A stretch of 64,000 bases of DNA from Eledone cirrhosa (Eukaryota): the NCBI GenBank assembly GCA_964016885.1, contig OZ024740.1:26784001-26848000 (forward strand), given 5' to 3'. Shown here in pieces: positions 13,315 through 26,713 of the stretch. Position 1 is the first letter of the stretch. Each line of letters begins with the position of its first letter. Position numbers and translations under genes: made by a program. Under the pieces are notes generated by a model that was given only the letters and a program-made list of their open reading frames with translations, ran no database searches and was not told the DNA's origin.

Positions 13315-13500
13315 TTTTACCTTTGGTACAAGGCCAACAATTATCCCAGTGTATTACTCGTACTTTATTTTATCGACCCCATAAGGATGAAAGGCAAAGT
13401 TAACCTCGGCGAGATTTGAACTCAGACCATAAAGGGCTGTAACTCTTTGCTGCAAAGCGTGGCGTCTGACCCTCTACCGATACTGCCAATCCACCGCTAC
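13315..13500 (-). mobile_element. SINE family A copy
   Basis: Reverse complement of 13712-13903. Confidence 0.85.
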
Positions 13501-13711
13501 AATAATAAAGGTAAAACCATACACATTATAAACAGCAAATCGAATGACTCTCTCCCTGGAATATTTCTTTCTTGGTTTTCAGAACTCCCAACGTCTATCT
13601 GCATGATGTCAGCTCAGTCTTCCAATCATTCCTACAGTTCAAAAGAAATTTATATTTTTTCTTAACGAAACAAAACTAAACGAAACGAAAAGATATTATT
13701 TTTCTCTATAA

Positions 13712-13903
13712 TGGCGGTGGATTGGCAGTATCGGTAGAGGGTAAGCGCCATGCTTTGCAGCAAAGAGTTACATCCCTTTATGGTCTGAGTTCAAATGCCG
13801 CCGAGGTTAACTTTGCCTTTCATTCTTACGAGGTCGATAAAATAAAGTACCAGTAATACACTGAGATAATTGCTGACCTTGTGCTAAAAGTAGAAACAAT
13901 TAT
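13712..13903 (+). mobile_element. tRNA-derived SINE, family A (representative copy)
   Basis: A-box tggcagtatcgg, B-box gagttcaaat, core gaggttaactttgcctttcatcct..gtcgataaaataaagtaccag; related copies near 1960, 13320, 14630, 15035, 15264, 17965, 24165, 25120, 27120, 31433, 33090, 33255, 36540, 36715, 40010, 48448, 49005, 53255, 54265, 63350, 63535. Confidence 0.85.
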
Positions 13904-16746
13904 TTTTCTCTATATTCCTGGTGGAATATATCAGAGAGATGCCTGTATGTTCTGAGAATGTCCGACAGCGCCTTTTCAGCCTTCATTAATCGTTCATCAT
14001 TGAGACTCACCAAAACCGTACTGGCATGAAATAGAATTTAGCCTGATGATCACTTACTTGCTAGAGAGGATCATTTGCATTTAGCAAATAAAATACTTCG
14101 GTTTGAAATGGTCATTAGCATATAGTGCTCTTAGCTGTATATATTTCATTGACGGTAGCCCAAAGAGAGCGCTTAAACATAATAGATGTCTATATAAAAA
14201 ATATATAATACGTATATTTACAATAAACATATGGGTAGCCACATTGCCGGAGAAAATTATTGTTTCGTAACGAAACGAACTGAAACGGAACGAAAATAGA
14301 GTTTATTTTTATCTGTAAATATATCATTGAGTAGCCAGTATGTTCTGTGGGTTTCACACAGCGCTGCTTCAAGATTTGTTAATCCGTCACGCAAAATATC
14401 TCGGCATGAAATAGATTATGGTCTATATAGAATGTTGTGTACGGATCACTTGCTGGTGATGCTCATTTGCATATAAGAAATAAAACCGCCCCTATTTGCA
14501 TATATAAGAAATAAAACCACTGTCTTAATACTACCGTAATTAAATATAACCAGACATCTAATCTATTAATAATCTGTAGAGCATATTTTTCAAATTAAAC
14601 ATTTTAGCTCCTAAATGTTCTCATTAGACGGCAGATTTTCGGTAGAACGTCGGGTTGAGTGCTTTGTAGCATTCGTTCCGATTCCTTGCGCTCTGAGTTC
14701 AAATCTCCCCGCGTCAATTTTATCTATCGTTCTAAGGAGATCGATATAAAAAGGTACAAGTTCAGTACTGAAGTTGATTCTTCATCTATATTTCTTTCTC
14801 ACCTTCCTCTCTATCATCCTCTTTCCTTAAATGGAAGTATTTCTCCGAATTCAGATATGGAGGTTGGATGTGCTTCCCTAGGTTTTCACAATGTCCCGAA
14901 GAAATCCCTTGTGTCTACAGCACCCTTACGCCTATGCCAAGAGCGACAGTTCCCATACATACACATGCATTTATAAGAGTACACTACGAAATGTGACATT
15001 GTCTGATTTTATTATTTAGAAACAGTTTAGAGCAGGGATTGGCAGTATCGGTAGAGCGTCGAACAACATGCTGTGTGGCATAGAGTTACGTTCCTTTGCT
15101 TTCTGTGTTCAAATACCGCCGAGGTTAGCTTTGCCATTCGTCATTATGGGGTGGATAAAATAAAATACCAGTAAGGTATTTGTGTCCATTTAATTAATTT
15201 TCCACTCCACCCAAAGTTTTAGCCTTGTCGCTAAATCATAAACTATTATTTAGAACCAGGATAGGGTGGTGGATTGGCAGTATCGGTAGATCGTCGAACA
15301 AATCGATGTGTGATGTTCAATTACGAAATTCTATATTGTGAGTTCAAGTCCCACCGACATCAACTTTGATAACTTCCTTGCGGAGTTAATATAATGACTT
15401 ACACTGGTCAACAACCGAAATACTTCTGAGAGCAAAGTAGCAATTTCCGACTACTTTTAGGTTGCTGATAATGAATATTACTTAAAACTATTTGTTAGCT
15501 CTACTTTTCAACATACACGTACGTTTGTGGAGTGGTGACCTTTGCATTACAGAAGTGCCATATTATTATTATGGTTGAAAGGGCAAATCACCTATATTTT
15601 GGATGCAAGATTAGTGACCAGGATAATAAGTGGACTCCTCACATATGCTGCAGCAATTGTGCTACTAACATTTGCCAATGGTTGAGCAGGAAGAGGAAAG
15701 GAATGCCTTTTGCTGTGCCAATGTTGGGGCAAGAGCCGACAGACCATACCAACAATTGTTATTTCTGTATGGTACCTCCAGTAAGACAGGACTTGTCAAA
15801 TAAGAAAAAGGAGTTCATTAAATATCCAAACATCCCATCTGCTATTCGCCCTGTTCCACATGGAGAAGGTCTACCTGTTCCTGGTGCACCAATTTTGGTA
15901 TCCTTCGAGTCAGATGAAGAAAGTGATGAACAAGAAACAGAGAAAGATGACAGTGCAGGATTACAGAGTGACCCAAATTTTGATGAAGCACACTCCTCTA
16001 GACCACATCTCATACCACAAGGGGAACTCCATGACCTTGTCAGGGATCTACAACTATCTAAGAATAAGGCAGAGCTGCTAGGCTTTTGTCTTCAACAATG
16101 GAATCTCCTAACACTCGATATGAAGATTTCAAACTTTCGTGACCGTCAACACCAGTGCAGCAATTTCTTTACAATGGAAGGGATTTATTAGCCTGCAACA
16201 ATATTAATGGTCTGGTGGAAGTACTTAATATTGGATACGAACCCTGTCACTGCAGGTTGTTCATAGATTCATCAAAAACTATTCTGAAAGGTGTATTGCT
16301 GCATAATGGCAATAGGCAACCATCGTTCGTGTGGGCTACACATCAAATATGAATGAAACGTATGAGGATATGAAGTATATGTTGCAATGCATAAAATGTG
16401 GTGAACATCAATGGCAGCTCTGTGAGGACTTAAAGGTTGTTGCTCTTGTTATGGGCTTGCAGGATGGATACACCCAGTAAGAAGTTCCCACTATATCTGG
16501 TGAGGCTGGCCACATCATCAATCATGGGGCCCTGGGAGGGAAAATGTTCAACGCACACCTCTCCCTGATCCAAACTAAATGTTGCTACCACCACTACACA
16601 TAAAAAAAAATCATGAAAAGGTTTGTAAAACCTATGATGAAATCCAGTAAGGGATTCATGTATTTAATATTGAAATTCAACTCACCTAGTGACGCTAAGA
16701 TAAAAGAGGGAGTCTTCATTGGTCCTCATATTCGAGAGATTCTTAA

Positions 16747-16965
16747 CCCTTTATCATTTACATTACTCTATATATACTATTGTATTTTTGTGGTAAAGGC
16801 ATTATTTTACACAATATCTCACATAATATCGAATGTACGAGATGTTGATGTTATTTATTTTGAGAACAATACCTTAACATCGGTATGAGTGGCCACTTAC
16901 GGCTGGTTTGAACAGAAAAAGGTGAGAAATTCTGGCCGGATATGGCCGGTTTAAATGTTAAAGGG
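16747..16965. mobile_element. piggyBac-type MITE
   Basis: TTAA TSD (16743-16746, 16966-16969), termini CCCTTTATCATTTA / TAAATGTTAAAGGG; removing it restores transposase frame HIREIL-KDGDFESAL. Confidence 0.85.
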
Positions 16966-17108
16966 TTAAAGATGGGGATTTTGAATCAGCACTTCATGGG
17001 GAGGAGAAAGCTGCTTGGGAAGCGTTCAAGTTAGTGGCGAAGGAATTTCTTGCAAACAGAAGGAAACTATGAAGAATTGGTGAAAAACCTCACCAAGACT
17101 TACAAGAA

Positions 17109-17580
17109 CTAGCAGAAAAACCACTCTCGGAGGGTTTTCTGCTAGCATGTGTAGTGTGTATATTGATATTATACACAAATATATATGCATGTAAATATGA
17201 TACATAAAAAAAAAATCGTAATTGACAATATACACAAAAATTGAACAAAGCCTATGTTACACTGTCTTCTGTAATCAGTAATCCATGATATATTAAAAAA
17301 AGACGACATTATATATAAACTGCATTAGGAGAAAATTAGCTACAGGAATATATGCGATTATAAGCGTTATAATATAACGGCCGCTAACCGGAAGTGTTGA
17401 CATTTGATAATGTTAAAGATCTTTAAATAAGCTATAAAATAAACAGTCACGAAATTTAGCACATAAATTATGTGATATTCATTCATTATTTATTCAAAGT
17501 AATCCAACTTATTTTACAAATGGGGTAAAGAAATATATTCTGGACGCAATCCCGCAGACCTTCCTTTATTATAGTTAAGA
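17109..17580 (-). mobile_element. Non-autonomous Helitron
   Basis: Minus strand begins TCTTAACTATAATAAAGG and ends with hairpin GCAGAAAACC..GGTTTTTCTGC plus CTAG; A|T insertion without TSD; removal restores TAC AAG AAT ATG GGA TGT (YKNMGC). Confidence 0.85.
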
Positions 17581-18423
17581 TATGGGATGTAACGACACTT
17601 AAATTCCACTTTGTGGACTCACATTTAGATTTTTTCTGGTGAACTGTGGGACAGTTACTGACGAACATGGTGAAAGGTTTGACCAAGATATTTCAACCAT
17701 GGAAAAGCAGTACTAGGGCGAATGGAGCACAACATTGCTTCCAGACTATTGCTGGACATTGACAAGAGATGATTCTTCAGCCCACTATAAGTGTCAAACA
17801 AAAAGGCAGAGAGTAGATACAGACTAGAGCTTAACATATGACACATATTGTACGTTATAATAAAATAATCAAATATTACATGTCGCGTATCTTTAAACCT
17901 GTAGTTAATAAATATTTATGAAGGTGATATTTGGATTCAGGACATGAAAATATATAAGAATTAAATAATTGTTTCTACTTTTGGCATAAGGCCAGCAATT
18001 ATCCCAGTGCATTACTGGTACTTTATTTCATCGACCTCGTAAGGATGTAAAGCAAAGTTAACCTCGGCGGGATTTGAAGTCAGATCAGAAAGGGGCGTAA
18101 CTCATTTTGTCCGACCCTCTACCGATACTACCAAACCACCATTTAAGAAGCATACATCTTTTCAAAAATTGTTGACCAGCTTTACCAGTTAAATACTAGT
18201 TTGGAACTAATTGAGTTTTTCCTTGCTTTAAATTTCTGGCCTTCAGCCGATGGCTCGGAAATTATTTAGAACTATATTATATCGCATCCACTATCTTTGA
18301 AAAACAATCTATAAACGAAATGAATGGATGTAATTGGTTCGGAATACAGATTTTCATAAGAAAATTGTTAGTGAGTTGGTCTGAAGACGATATATATATA
18401 TATATATACATATATATATAAAT

Positions 18424-19236
18424 GTAAGTCCATAGAATCATTAGATAAAATATATACAGTATTTCTTCTCCCAATCAGTATAAATCAACCACACAAAAAT
18501 CATTTAAAAGCGGCTATAAGTTTAAAATGTACTTATGAAGAAATAATAAACAAATGATATAGCTTCTTATCCGCGACTCATAGCTACAAAAAATGTACCT
18601 AACATTTCTATTAGCCCGTAGAAATTGACTAGACATATAGTTAACTAAACGAAATTAGGTACAAAATCGAAGTTAGAAGAAAAAATGTACATAAACCTTA
18701 CCAAAATCATCAAAATATCTCTCCCACCCGGCCGTTTCATTCACTTTTTGGATATATCCTGTCTTGGATAAATCAACGAGGTTTGGACATCATCAGGAGA
18801 TAACTCAATTGGACAAAGAATTTTCTAACATGATCCCACCAGAAACGAATTCAAAATGCCTAAGAATCATCACGTGGCCAGTGGTCAAGGCAGAAAGTTT
18901 GTGATTGGCGCCTGTCGGCGAGTAGGATGGTTGCTAGAAAGCGCAGTCGAATACAGCCGAATACTCAACCTTACGGGAGTATATAAAATTTAAAGGGTAT
19001 ATACATATAAACTAGACAAATTTATAGAAACATATCTGTTTTTTGGCAACCATTCACGGTGTGGCTCAATGAAGATTTAAATAATTAAATAATTAATAAT
19101 CATAGCAATATATAAAAAAGTAAGTCCATAGAATCATTAGATAACATATATACAGTATTTCTCCTCCCAATCAGCATAACTCAACCACACAAAAAATCAT
19201 TTAAACGAGGCTATAAGTTTAAAATGTACTTATGAA
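18424..19236 (-). mobile_element. Direct-repeat-bounded non-coding element (~696 bp period) with minus-strand HHR-like motif
   Basis: 18424-18539 repeats at 19120-19236; minus strand atctc CTGATGA..GAAAC ggccgg gtg ggagagat at 18716-18802; TA-rich flanks. Confidence 0.6.
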
Positions 19237-19251
19237 TACATATATATATTA

Positions 19252-19322
19252 ATTAAAATAACAGATTAAAGTTTCAGCTAAGAATCGCTGCTTTCACCCT
19301 TAACGGGATCTTCTGATACTAA
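19252..19322 (-). repeat. Short inverted pseudo-LTR copy of 23886-23954 at the 5' end of the second PLE
   Basis: Reverse complement of cagaagatcccgttaagtgtgaaagcagcgattctttgcttaaacttcaatctgttattttaat with few mismatches. Confidence 0.75.
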
Positions 19323-19364
19323 TTAACTCCCTCGGTTGAGCACCCTATTGAGTTATATTCATCA

Positions 19365-21468
19365 TGTAGAAACAACATCTGAATATTTCTACAAAGAACA
19401 CACCCGTACCAAACAGGAAGAAATACCTAAAACTCCTGATACAGAAAAAAGACTCGTTCATTAAAAGGGTGCGTGGCGTGCTTTTTATTTCGATAATCAG
19501 GACAACAAACAGGATAAATTTGGGTTTAAAACCTACCCTTCGAAAATGATGACTTGGAACTCATACGGAGTATCAAATTTCGGAATAGGAGCAATTCCTT
19601 CCAGCAGGACCTAAAGAATAGAATTCGTCCTATTAAGGTTTCTAATGCCATGCACGTCCACTCCAACAAAACTGGCAATCTATATCAAGTGGAACGCAGT
19701 ACTTACCATGAACTGCTACATAATGCTGTAAGTAAGGATTACCGTAAATCTAATCGGAGTGTCATTAATGATATCAACGATACTGGGTTTTAAATCACCT
19801 CTGATCTCAACATTCTAGACCGGACTGAACCTCGGCACCCTATTTCTCCCCACTTTACCCTGAAGGATCACAAATCCAATTTCCCGAACAACCCCGCTAT
19901 ACGGCTTATTAACCCTACGAAGTCCAATTTAGGTAGACTTAGATTTTAGATAGAATTATACCTGAAATTAGAAGCTTGGCCCCTCTTGCACTGTGGAATA
20001 ATTCTTTCGGAGTGATTGATTGGTTCAACGGCATATGCAACAAGGAACATTGCCGTTTTATCCAATTCGGCATCAATAATAACTACTCCTCCATTACTTT
20101 ACCACTTCTCCTTAGAGCTATCAATTTCGCTAAAACGCTCACGGTGGTTAAGGATTTCGAAGTTGATTTCATCCTCAATGCCCGTAAGTCGGTGATTAAT
20201 TTCGACGACTCTATTTGTATTAAAAAACCTAATAGAACCCCATTCGATGTGAGAGTGGGCGCCAAGGATCCTGCGGAGGTTACTGATCTTATCGGCCTTT
20301 TCATTCTTTTCTCTATCAAAGAAGAATTCCCCAACATGGGCGGTGGTTTGTATTGTGATGACGGTCTTTTCACCATGACAAAGTGCAGCCCACGTGCTTG
20401 CGACAGATTCAGAAAAGAACTCACTGCCTTCTTTAAAAGCTTCAACCTCTCCATACAGGTTGAGGCCAACCTCTCGGTCGTTAATTACCTCGACATCACC
20501 CTCAATTTATCGAATGGCTTGTACTACCCGTATTGAAAGCCGATGATACGCTTAATTACATAAGTAAGCATTCTAACCATCCTGCCAGCATAACCAAGAA
20601 CCTGGTAAGAAACGTTTCTTTGAGGCTTTCTCGTCTATCTACAAACGAGCATATTTTCACCGATCATTCCCCGTATTACAATGAAGCTCTTGCTCGGAGT
20701 GGATTTGTCGATAAGGTAGCATATACTGAGTATGCGCATAGACCTAGGAAAAATAGATCCCGACGCATTATATGGTATAACCCACAATATAATATGGAGG
20801 TGGCCACACCATTAGCTAATATCTTTCTCTTCCTTATTATGAAGCATTTCCCCCCAGCACATAAATATAATAAAATGTTTAATAGAAATACCATTAAAAT
20901 TTCTTACTCTACGACTCCTAATCTTGCACATAACATCACTGCTTCAAATTTAGCTAAATTACCTAGCCGTAGGAACACGTGTAACCCTGTAGCTAGTACT
21001 AACTGTAATTGTAGGATTCAGGTTGACTGCCGCCTATCCGGGAAATGCCTCTCTAGTAACATTGTTTACAAATCTAAGATTGAAACACCCACGTCCAGTG
21101 GGGCTTACATAAGTTTTACCGCCAATAGATTCAAGCAGCGTCTTTACATGCACACCCATTCGTTTCTTACCCCTTTAAGAAGGAATATAACGCCCCTTTC
21201 AGCTTATATCTGGAATCTAAAAGACAACCACACCCAATATAGGTTACACTGGGCGATCCTAGCTAGCGCTAGATCGTATAACAGAATTAAAAGACCATAT
21301 GACCTCTGCGCTGCTGAAACCCTGCAAATTCTCTACGCCAATGACCACATCTTAAACAAAAAATCTGAGGCATTTCGGCTTGTAAACATAAATTGCACAA
21401 AACTTTCTTGTATTACAGCCCCACATTATACCCTAACGGATAGTACGAACTATACGCGGATAATTTAG
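19365..21468 (+). pseudogene. Near full-length decayed ORF of a second PLE clade (RT + GIY-YIG)
   Basis: STKNTPVP..FIKRVR..FGFKT N-terminus, TLKDHKSNFPNNP, GLYCDDGL (YRDD-type site), NYLDITLNL, SNHP, IIWYNPQY, CNCR..C.LSGKC..NIVYKS, AYISFT..FKQR; several frameshifts and stops (e.g. TGA at 20534). Confidence 0.88.
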
Positions 21469-21884
21469 GTCTTGATGTGGTAGCTAAATATATGTTTCTA
21501 CCAGTACTTATTTGTTAGATAAGTATATATTACCTGTATGGTTTGCAAAGGAACGTATACTTTCTCGTACGTATATTTGTTCGTACTTGTTATTGGCGTA
21601 TATATTATATCATATATACTGGTACATGTGTATATGGTTATGTGTATACGTGAGCTTTGCGTCTGTGTGTATACGGGTTTGCACGTATATAAGGTGTGTG
21701 TATATGTGTACTTTGCGTTTTCGTTGACGTACTTTTAGCGAACATATGTGTATTTACATGTAGATATGTATGTGTGCGCGTTATATACGTATTTATGTGT
21801 GTATATTTATATACGTTTATATAATTATATGTATACACGCACACACACGCATATATATATATATATTTATATATATATATAGGT

Positions 21885-22426
21885 AGATTTTGAGTATATG
21901 TTGGTTGTATACCAACACCTTAGTATTCAGGCTGGAGCACTCGACGAAGTGCGCAAGTTGGTTTGGTTACTCCGGAGTAATGTAAAATAAAGTTTAATAA
22001 AAAGTCAAATGTTTAAAATTTAGCTTCGTTTATTACTGCTATATATATTTCAGTGACAGCCATCTTTGGCTGTGACCTCTTCAGGCAGTTTGAATTAATG
22101 TGGTATAGACAAGTACATATGTTGTTGAGGTGTATCATTTTGTCAATACTCTGATATGCCCAGTTCCTGGTTGGGTTGTTATTTCACTGAGGAACTGGAA
22201 TGATATGATTCCAGTTCCTCAGTGAAATAACAACCCAACCAGGAACTGGGCATATCAGAGTATTGACAAAATGATACACCTCAACAACATATGTACTTGT
22301 CTATACCACACTCATTCAAACTGCCTGAAGAGGTCACAGCCAAAGATGGCTGTCACTGAAATATATATAGCAGTAATAAACGAAGCTAAATTTTAAACAT
22401 TTGACTTTTTATTTAACTTTATTTTA
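21885..22426. mobile_element. Palindromic element (~220 bp arms plus one-sided tail) with intact HHR in each arm
   Basis: Arms 21983-22201 / 22208-22426; HHR 22320-22374 actgc CTGAAGA g-tcacagcc..ggctgtca-ct GAAA tatata TA gcagt, mirror at 22035-22089; tail homologous to 7470-7610. Confidence 0.82.
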
Positions 22427-22518
22427 TATATATATATATATTTATTTGGTTCCTTTACCGGTATCGAGGTTCTTCTGCTTTTCAAAAGTAGAGTTGAGAT
22501 GGAGGGTCTGTGGTTTTT

Positions 22519-22769
<251 letters not shown>

Positions 22770-22840
22770 TGAAGTTTGCGTTGAAAATTGAAAAAATCAT
22801 AGGAGTGAAGAGTGCTCTATGTAAATTACAGAGCTAAATT

Positions 22841-23407
22841 TAATGTATAATAGACAATACAATATAATTACTACATTACCAGAGGGTTCCCATATAAGAC
22901 GAATACAAGAAACGTCCTCATTCGTTCGTCAGACAAGGCAATTTAAAACATAGTGAAATATTTGAAAAGTCTCCTCAAGAAAGGAAAAGTTTAACGGGCA
23001 AAAAAAATATATAAATAAAAGTAATGCAAGAGATATATAAAAATAAAATAAGGAAATATAGTAAGGGTATGTGTATAAGCACCTACAAATGTACATATGT
23101 GTGTATGTACAAATGCATGTGTATAGTGAAAAAATGTGTGCGTAAGTACGTACATGAGGGCAAGCATATCAGTGTATGTATGACCATAAATACGTATATA
23201 ATATATGCTGAAAAAAGAAATTGTAAGATAATAGAGTTATCCTACATACAGGTTAAACCTTTGCCTTTCTTGAAGAGATTTTTCAAACATTCCACTATGT
23301 TTTAAATTGCCTTGTCTGACGAACGAATTAGGACGTTTCTTGTATTCGTCTTATTCGGGAAACCTCTGTTAATGAGGTAATTATATTGTATTGTTTATTA
23401 TACATTA
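22841..23407. mobile_element. Inverted-repeat element (arms 22841-22995 / 23252-23407) with HHR motif
   Basis: CTGACGA(23316) cgaat-aggacg..cgtctt-attcg GAAACCTC..GAGGTA; diverged mirror in left arm. Confidence 0.72.
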
Positions 23408-24041
23408 TATATATATATATATTTACGTGTATTTGGTGTATACGTTCGTATGCGTGCGGGTACAGGCGTTGCGTAGGTTTCTGTATGTGCGCGTCTATTT
23501 TTGTGTACGTGCTTGTATTTGCATACCCATGCCAGGTGTTTTCGGGTTGCATGTGTATGTACGTATATGGATGCGTCCATGTATATATTTATTTACGTTG
23601 ATTTCAATAACCTCTGTAATTTATTTACATTATTTTTAACTCTGAAGCCGAGAATCAATCGGTTTCCTAAATAGAATTTTAGTCTACGACTTCATTTATA
23701 CCTTAAACGTGGTTTTGTCTTTGCGTGTAATTGTTCTCATCGCTCCTAATGTTGACGTATTATCTTCGTTTCTTGTCCGTTCTTTGCCAGGGAATGTCCT
23801 CACGAACCAAAGTATCGTCTCCCTGTCTTTCTTCGGTTGCAACCCTTTTCGAAATATTTACTTCCGCGTTCACAGATTCATTTTTAGTTTCAGAAGATCC
23901 CGTTAAGTGTGAAAGCAGCGATTCTTTGCTTAAACTTCAATCTGTTATTTTAATAAATATTTGCTCTACGGTTCATATATATCTGATATATATTTATCCT
24001 ATCGAGCCCTCTTTGGATTTTAGTCTTCAAATTATTATTAT

Positions 24042-24097
<56 letters not shown>

Positions 24098-24620
24098 GTA
24101 ATAATTGTTTCTATTTCTGGCAAACATATATATGTATATATAACTTTAATAATGTTTTCTTATATAGGCACAAGGACAGTGTGGGGGGAAGGGAAAGTCG
24201 ATTAAATCGACCCCAGTGTGTGACTCGGACTTTATTTTATCGACCACTTAAGGATGAAAGGCAAAGTTAACCTCGGCGGGATTTGAACACAAAACGGGAA
24301 CGCCATAACTGTATGTCGCGAAGCATGTTGCCCAACGCTCTACTGATACTGCTAATCCACTGCCCTTTAATAACAATAACAGTGTTGCTATTATTAGGTA
24401 TATACTTAACTAGAATGTTTAAAGCTCAATGCAGTAGGGTTCATGTAGAGCTGATATATAAAGAATAAGAAACACCAAAGAGTCGATATGTTTCAACCGA
24501 TAGAGATCCATCCCGAGCAAATGAGACTATAAAATCAGGAATCTTAGAATTTTCTTAAGAAAGAGTTTTTGTGTAAGGTTCCATTATGATTTCATACTTG
24601 AATCATCAGAAATAGGTTCA

Positions 24621-24654
<34 letters not shown>

Positions 24655-26713
24655 AGAGGGGTAGCACAGAAAAAAAACAGCGGAAAAACTGAAGTCCCAT
24701 TTCTTCAGTCAATCTTTGAATATCAGAAGGTTGTAGCGTTCATTCCAGTACACACGGTTGTGATGCAACTGAACAGGTAGAGACAAAGGTATAACAAATG
24801 ATACAGTTACGTAAGACACAGAAATAAAGAGGAGAATATATCAAAAGTTCATCAACTAAAACAGACGAGAGAAATAGCGAGGGTTTAGTCAAAAGAGAAA
24901 AAATAGAGAAAGAGGAGAAAAAAATAATATTGAACAATGTGCAGACAAATAAGAATTACAGTCAGACGTAGAAAAGGTAAATGGAAGAATAGAGGAAGAC
25001 AAACCGGGCTGTGTGATGTCAATTATATGACAGGTTTTAAAAAATGCCCGCATGGCTAAAACAAAGGAAAAAAGAATCTAATGTGTCCTTCCGCTTAATA
25101 TATTGCCATGTATAGAACATTCGCCGAAGTTAACTTTGCCTTTCATCCTTACGGGATCGATAAAATAAAGTACCAGTAATGTACTGGGTAATTGCTGGCC
25201 TCGTGCCTAAAATTGAAACAATTATGTTATTGGCTTTATTGATGTGGCAGGGGTGTTCGAAGATTTTATAGAATCCGTTACAGTATTTATTCTGGCTATT
25301 TCTGCCCTATGTTCAAATTCTGCCAAAGTGATATTAGTAAGACCAACTTTCCTTTTATTCTTTCGGGTTCGATAGAAAATCGAAGTAGATTAGTGATGGT
25401 GAAGTCACGGCTTACTCTAGTTATCACTTGAAAGTTCTGCTGGTTCAAGAATGAGTGTGACGAGAGGAATACTGTATCTCTTCCCGTTTATCTGGGAACA
25501 AAGTACCATATGGGAAATCATGGTACATTCCAGAAAGAAGTCTTTGATTGCGAAGGAGAGCCGAATCTAATTATATTAACTCCATATTGGTTTGGATCCG
25601 GCATAGATACCATTTTACCGTTAAATATCATATTGAAACCAGACGGTATCATACTTTCTACTTCTTGTTTTTAGTTCTACCGTTACTGTTCTTCTCCTTT
25701 TCTTTACCTTCGTTTCATCCCTGATACTTTCGTGCTATAAGAAACACCACACTTTTTCCCTAACGTCTCATAAAATTCTATACTTACTTGGTATAGCCTA
25801 ATTGCTATAAATAAATGTTTTGTCGCTCTTGTCTTACTCCACTGGACAGCGTTTGGCTTGTCTCAGACAGTGTGACTCCAGGTGGTCCAGCAGTTCCATT
25901 GGTAGGGGTGAAACTGCCAAATTCCTATCCAACGGCCGATGACCCAGGACCTATGTATCTTTTTTATTTTTTTTAAATAATTATTTAAGGTTCTCTTTAA
26001 AAAAAATGTTTCATTTTGTCATGCCCTTTTTTGTTGATTTTCCTAAGTTTATCGTCATATAATGTAGCCTGGTATACTTTGCTGACGCTGCAGTGTGTAA
26101 TTTAAAAGGAATTTGGCTACAATTTCCTGCATCTCATTGGCTCTTGTAGCCGGAATCTCCTTTCTTATGATACAATACATGCATATGTTGTGTTGTGTGT
26201 GAATATATCACTTTATTTTTGCGTGTGCATGCGTGCACACGTGTATATATGTGTAACTGTGTGAAATAACGGATACTGGAGCATGCGTATGAATGCAGCT
26301 GTGTGAATGCAGATTTATATAAATATGTACATGAAAACAAATCCATGCATATGTGTATATGTGCATGTATGCATGTATGTATATTGTATCCACAGTTGTG
26401 AGACAAAGTACAACCACGTGAGTGAATGAACATCATACTTGTGTGTGCGTGCAGTTACATACACATTAAAACACACACACACACACACACACACACATGT
26501 GCATGCGTACGTCTGTTGGTACAAATGTATGTGCTCGTATGCATAGCTGCATACGCGTGAGAACGTGCGCCTGACTTTACATGCATGAGCCCATATGGTG
26601 GTGTGTATATATGTATGTGTGTGTGTTTGTGTTTGTGTTTGTGTGTCTATGTGAGTCTATTTGAGCGTATGTATTCAAATCTTGATAAAACTGTCATTGA
26701 TGTTACTGGTATT

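Larger units (their letters stand above)
15571..17790 (+). pseudogene. Chapaev3-type transposase remnant
   Basis: DQDNKWTPHICC..MPFAVPM..EPTDH..CYFC, ELHDLVRDL.LSK.KAELL, RLFIDSS, DLKVV, LLPPLHIK, AKIKEGVFIGPHIR, HLDFF, DEHGERFDQDI; broken by stops, frameshifts and insertions. Confidence 0.82.
15402..18181 (+). mobile_element. Chapaev3-like (CMC) DNA transposon, decayed, with nested insertions
   Basis: Termini CACTGGTCAACAA / TTGTTGACCAG(CT), TTA on both sides as 3-bp TSD; inserted in a SINE that resumes after 18184. Confidence 0.8.

Noticed and set aside
13315-13903. Inverted pair as a large TIR element
   Set aside because: Two independent copies of the abundant SINE in opposite orientation
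14043-14080. CTGATGA as hammerhead core
   Set aside because: No GAAA after the putative stem II
20531-20539. In-frame TGA in the second PLE as selenocysteine recoding
   Set aside because: Position corresponds to a usual Arg (PYRK), so CGA>TGA decay is simpler; the ORF has other lesions and the EN is C-terminal, unlike Naiad elements
24575-24620. Minus-strand CTGATGA ttcaagtat GAAA tcata
   Set aside because: Stems too weak to support by eye; may be a decayed HHR but not called
25820-25950. Possible HDV-like ribozyme
   Set aside because: Could not identify consistent P1/P1.1/P2 pairings
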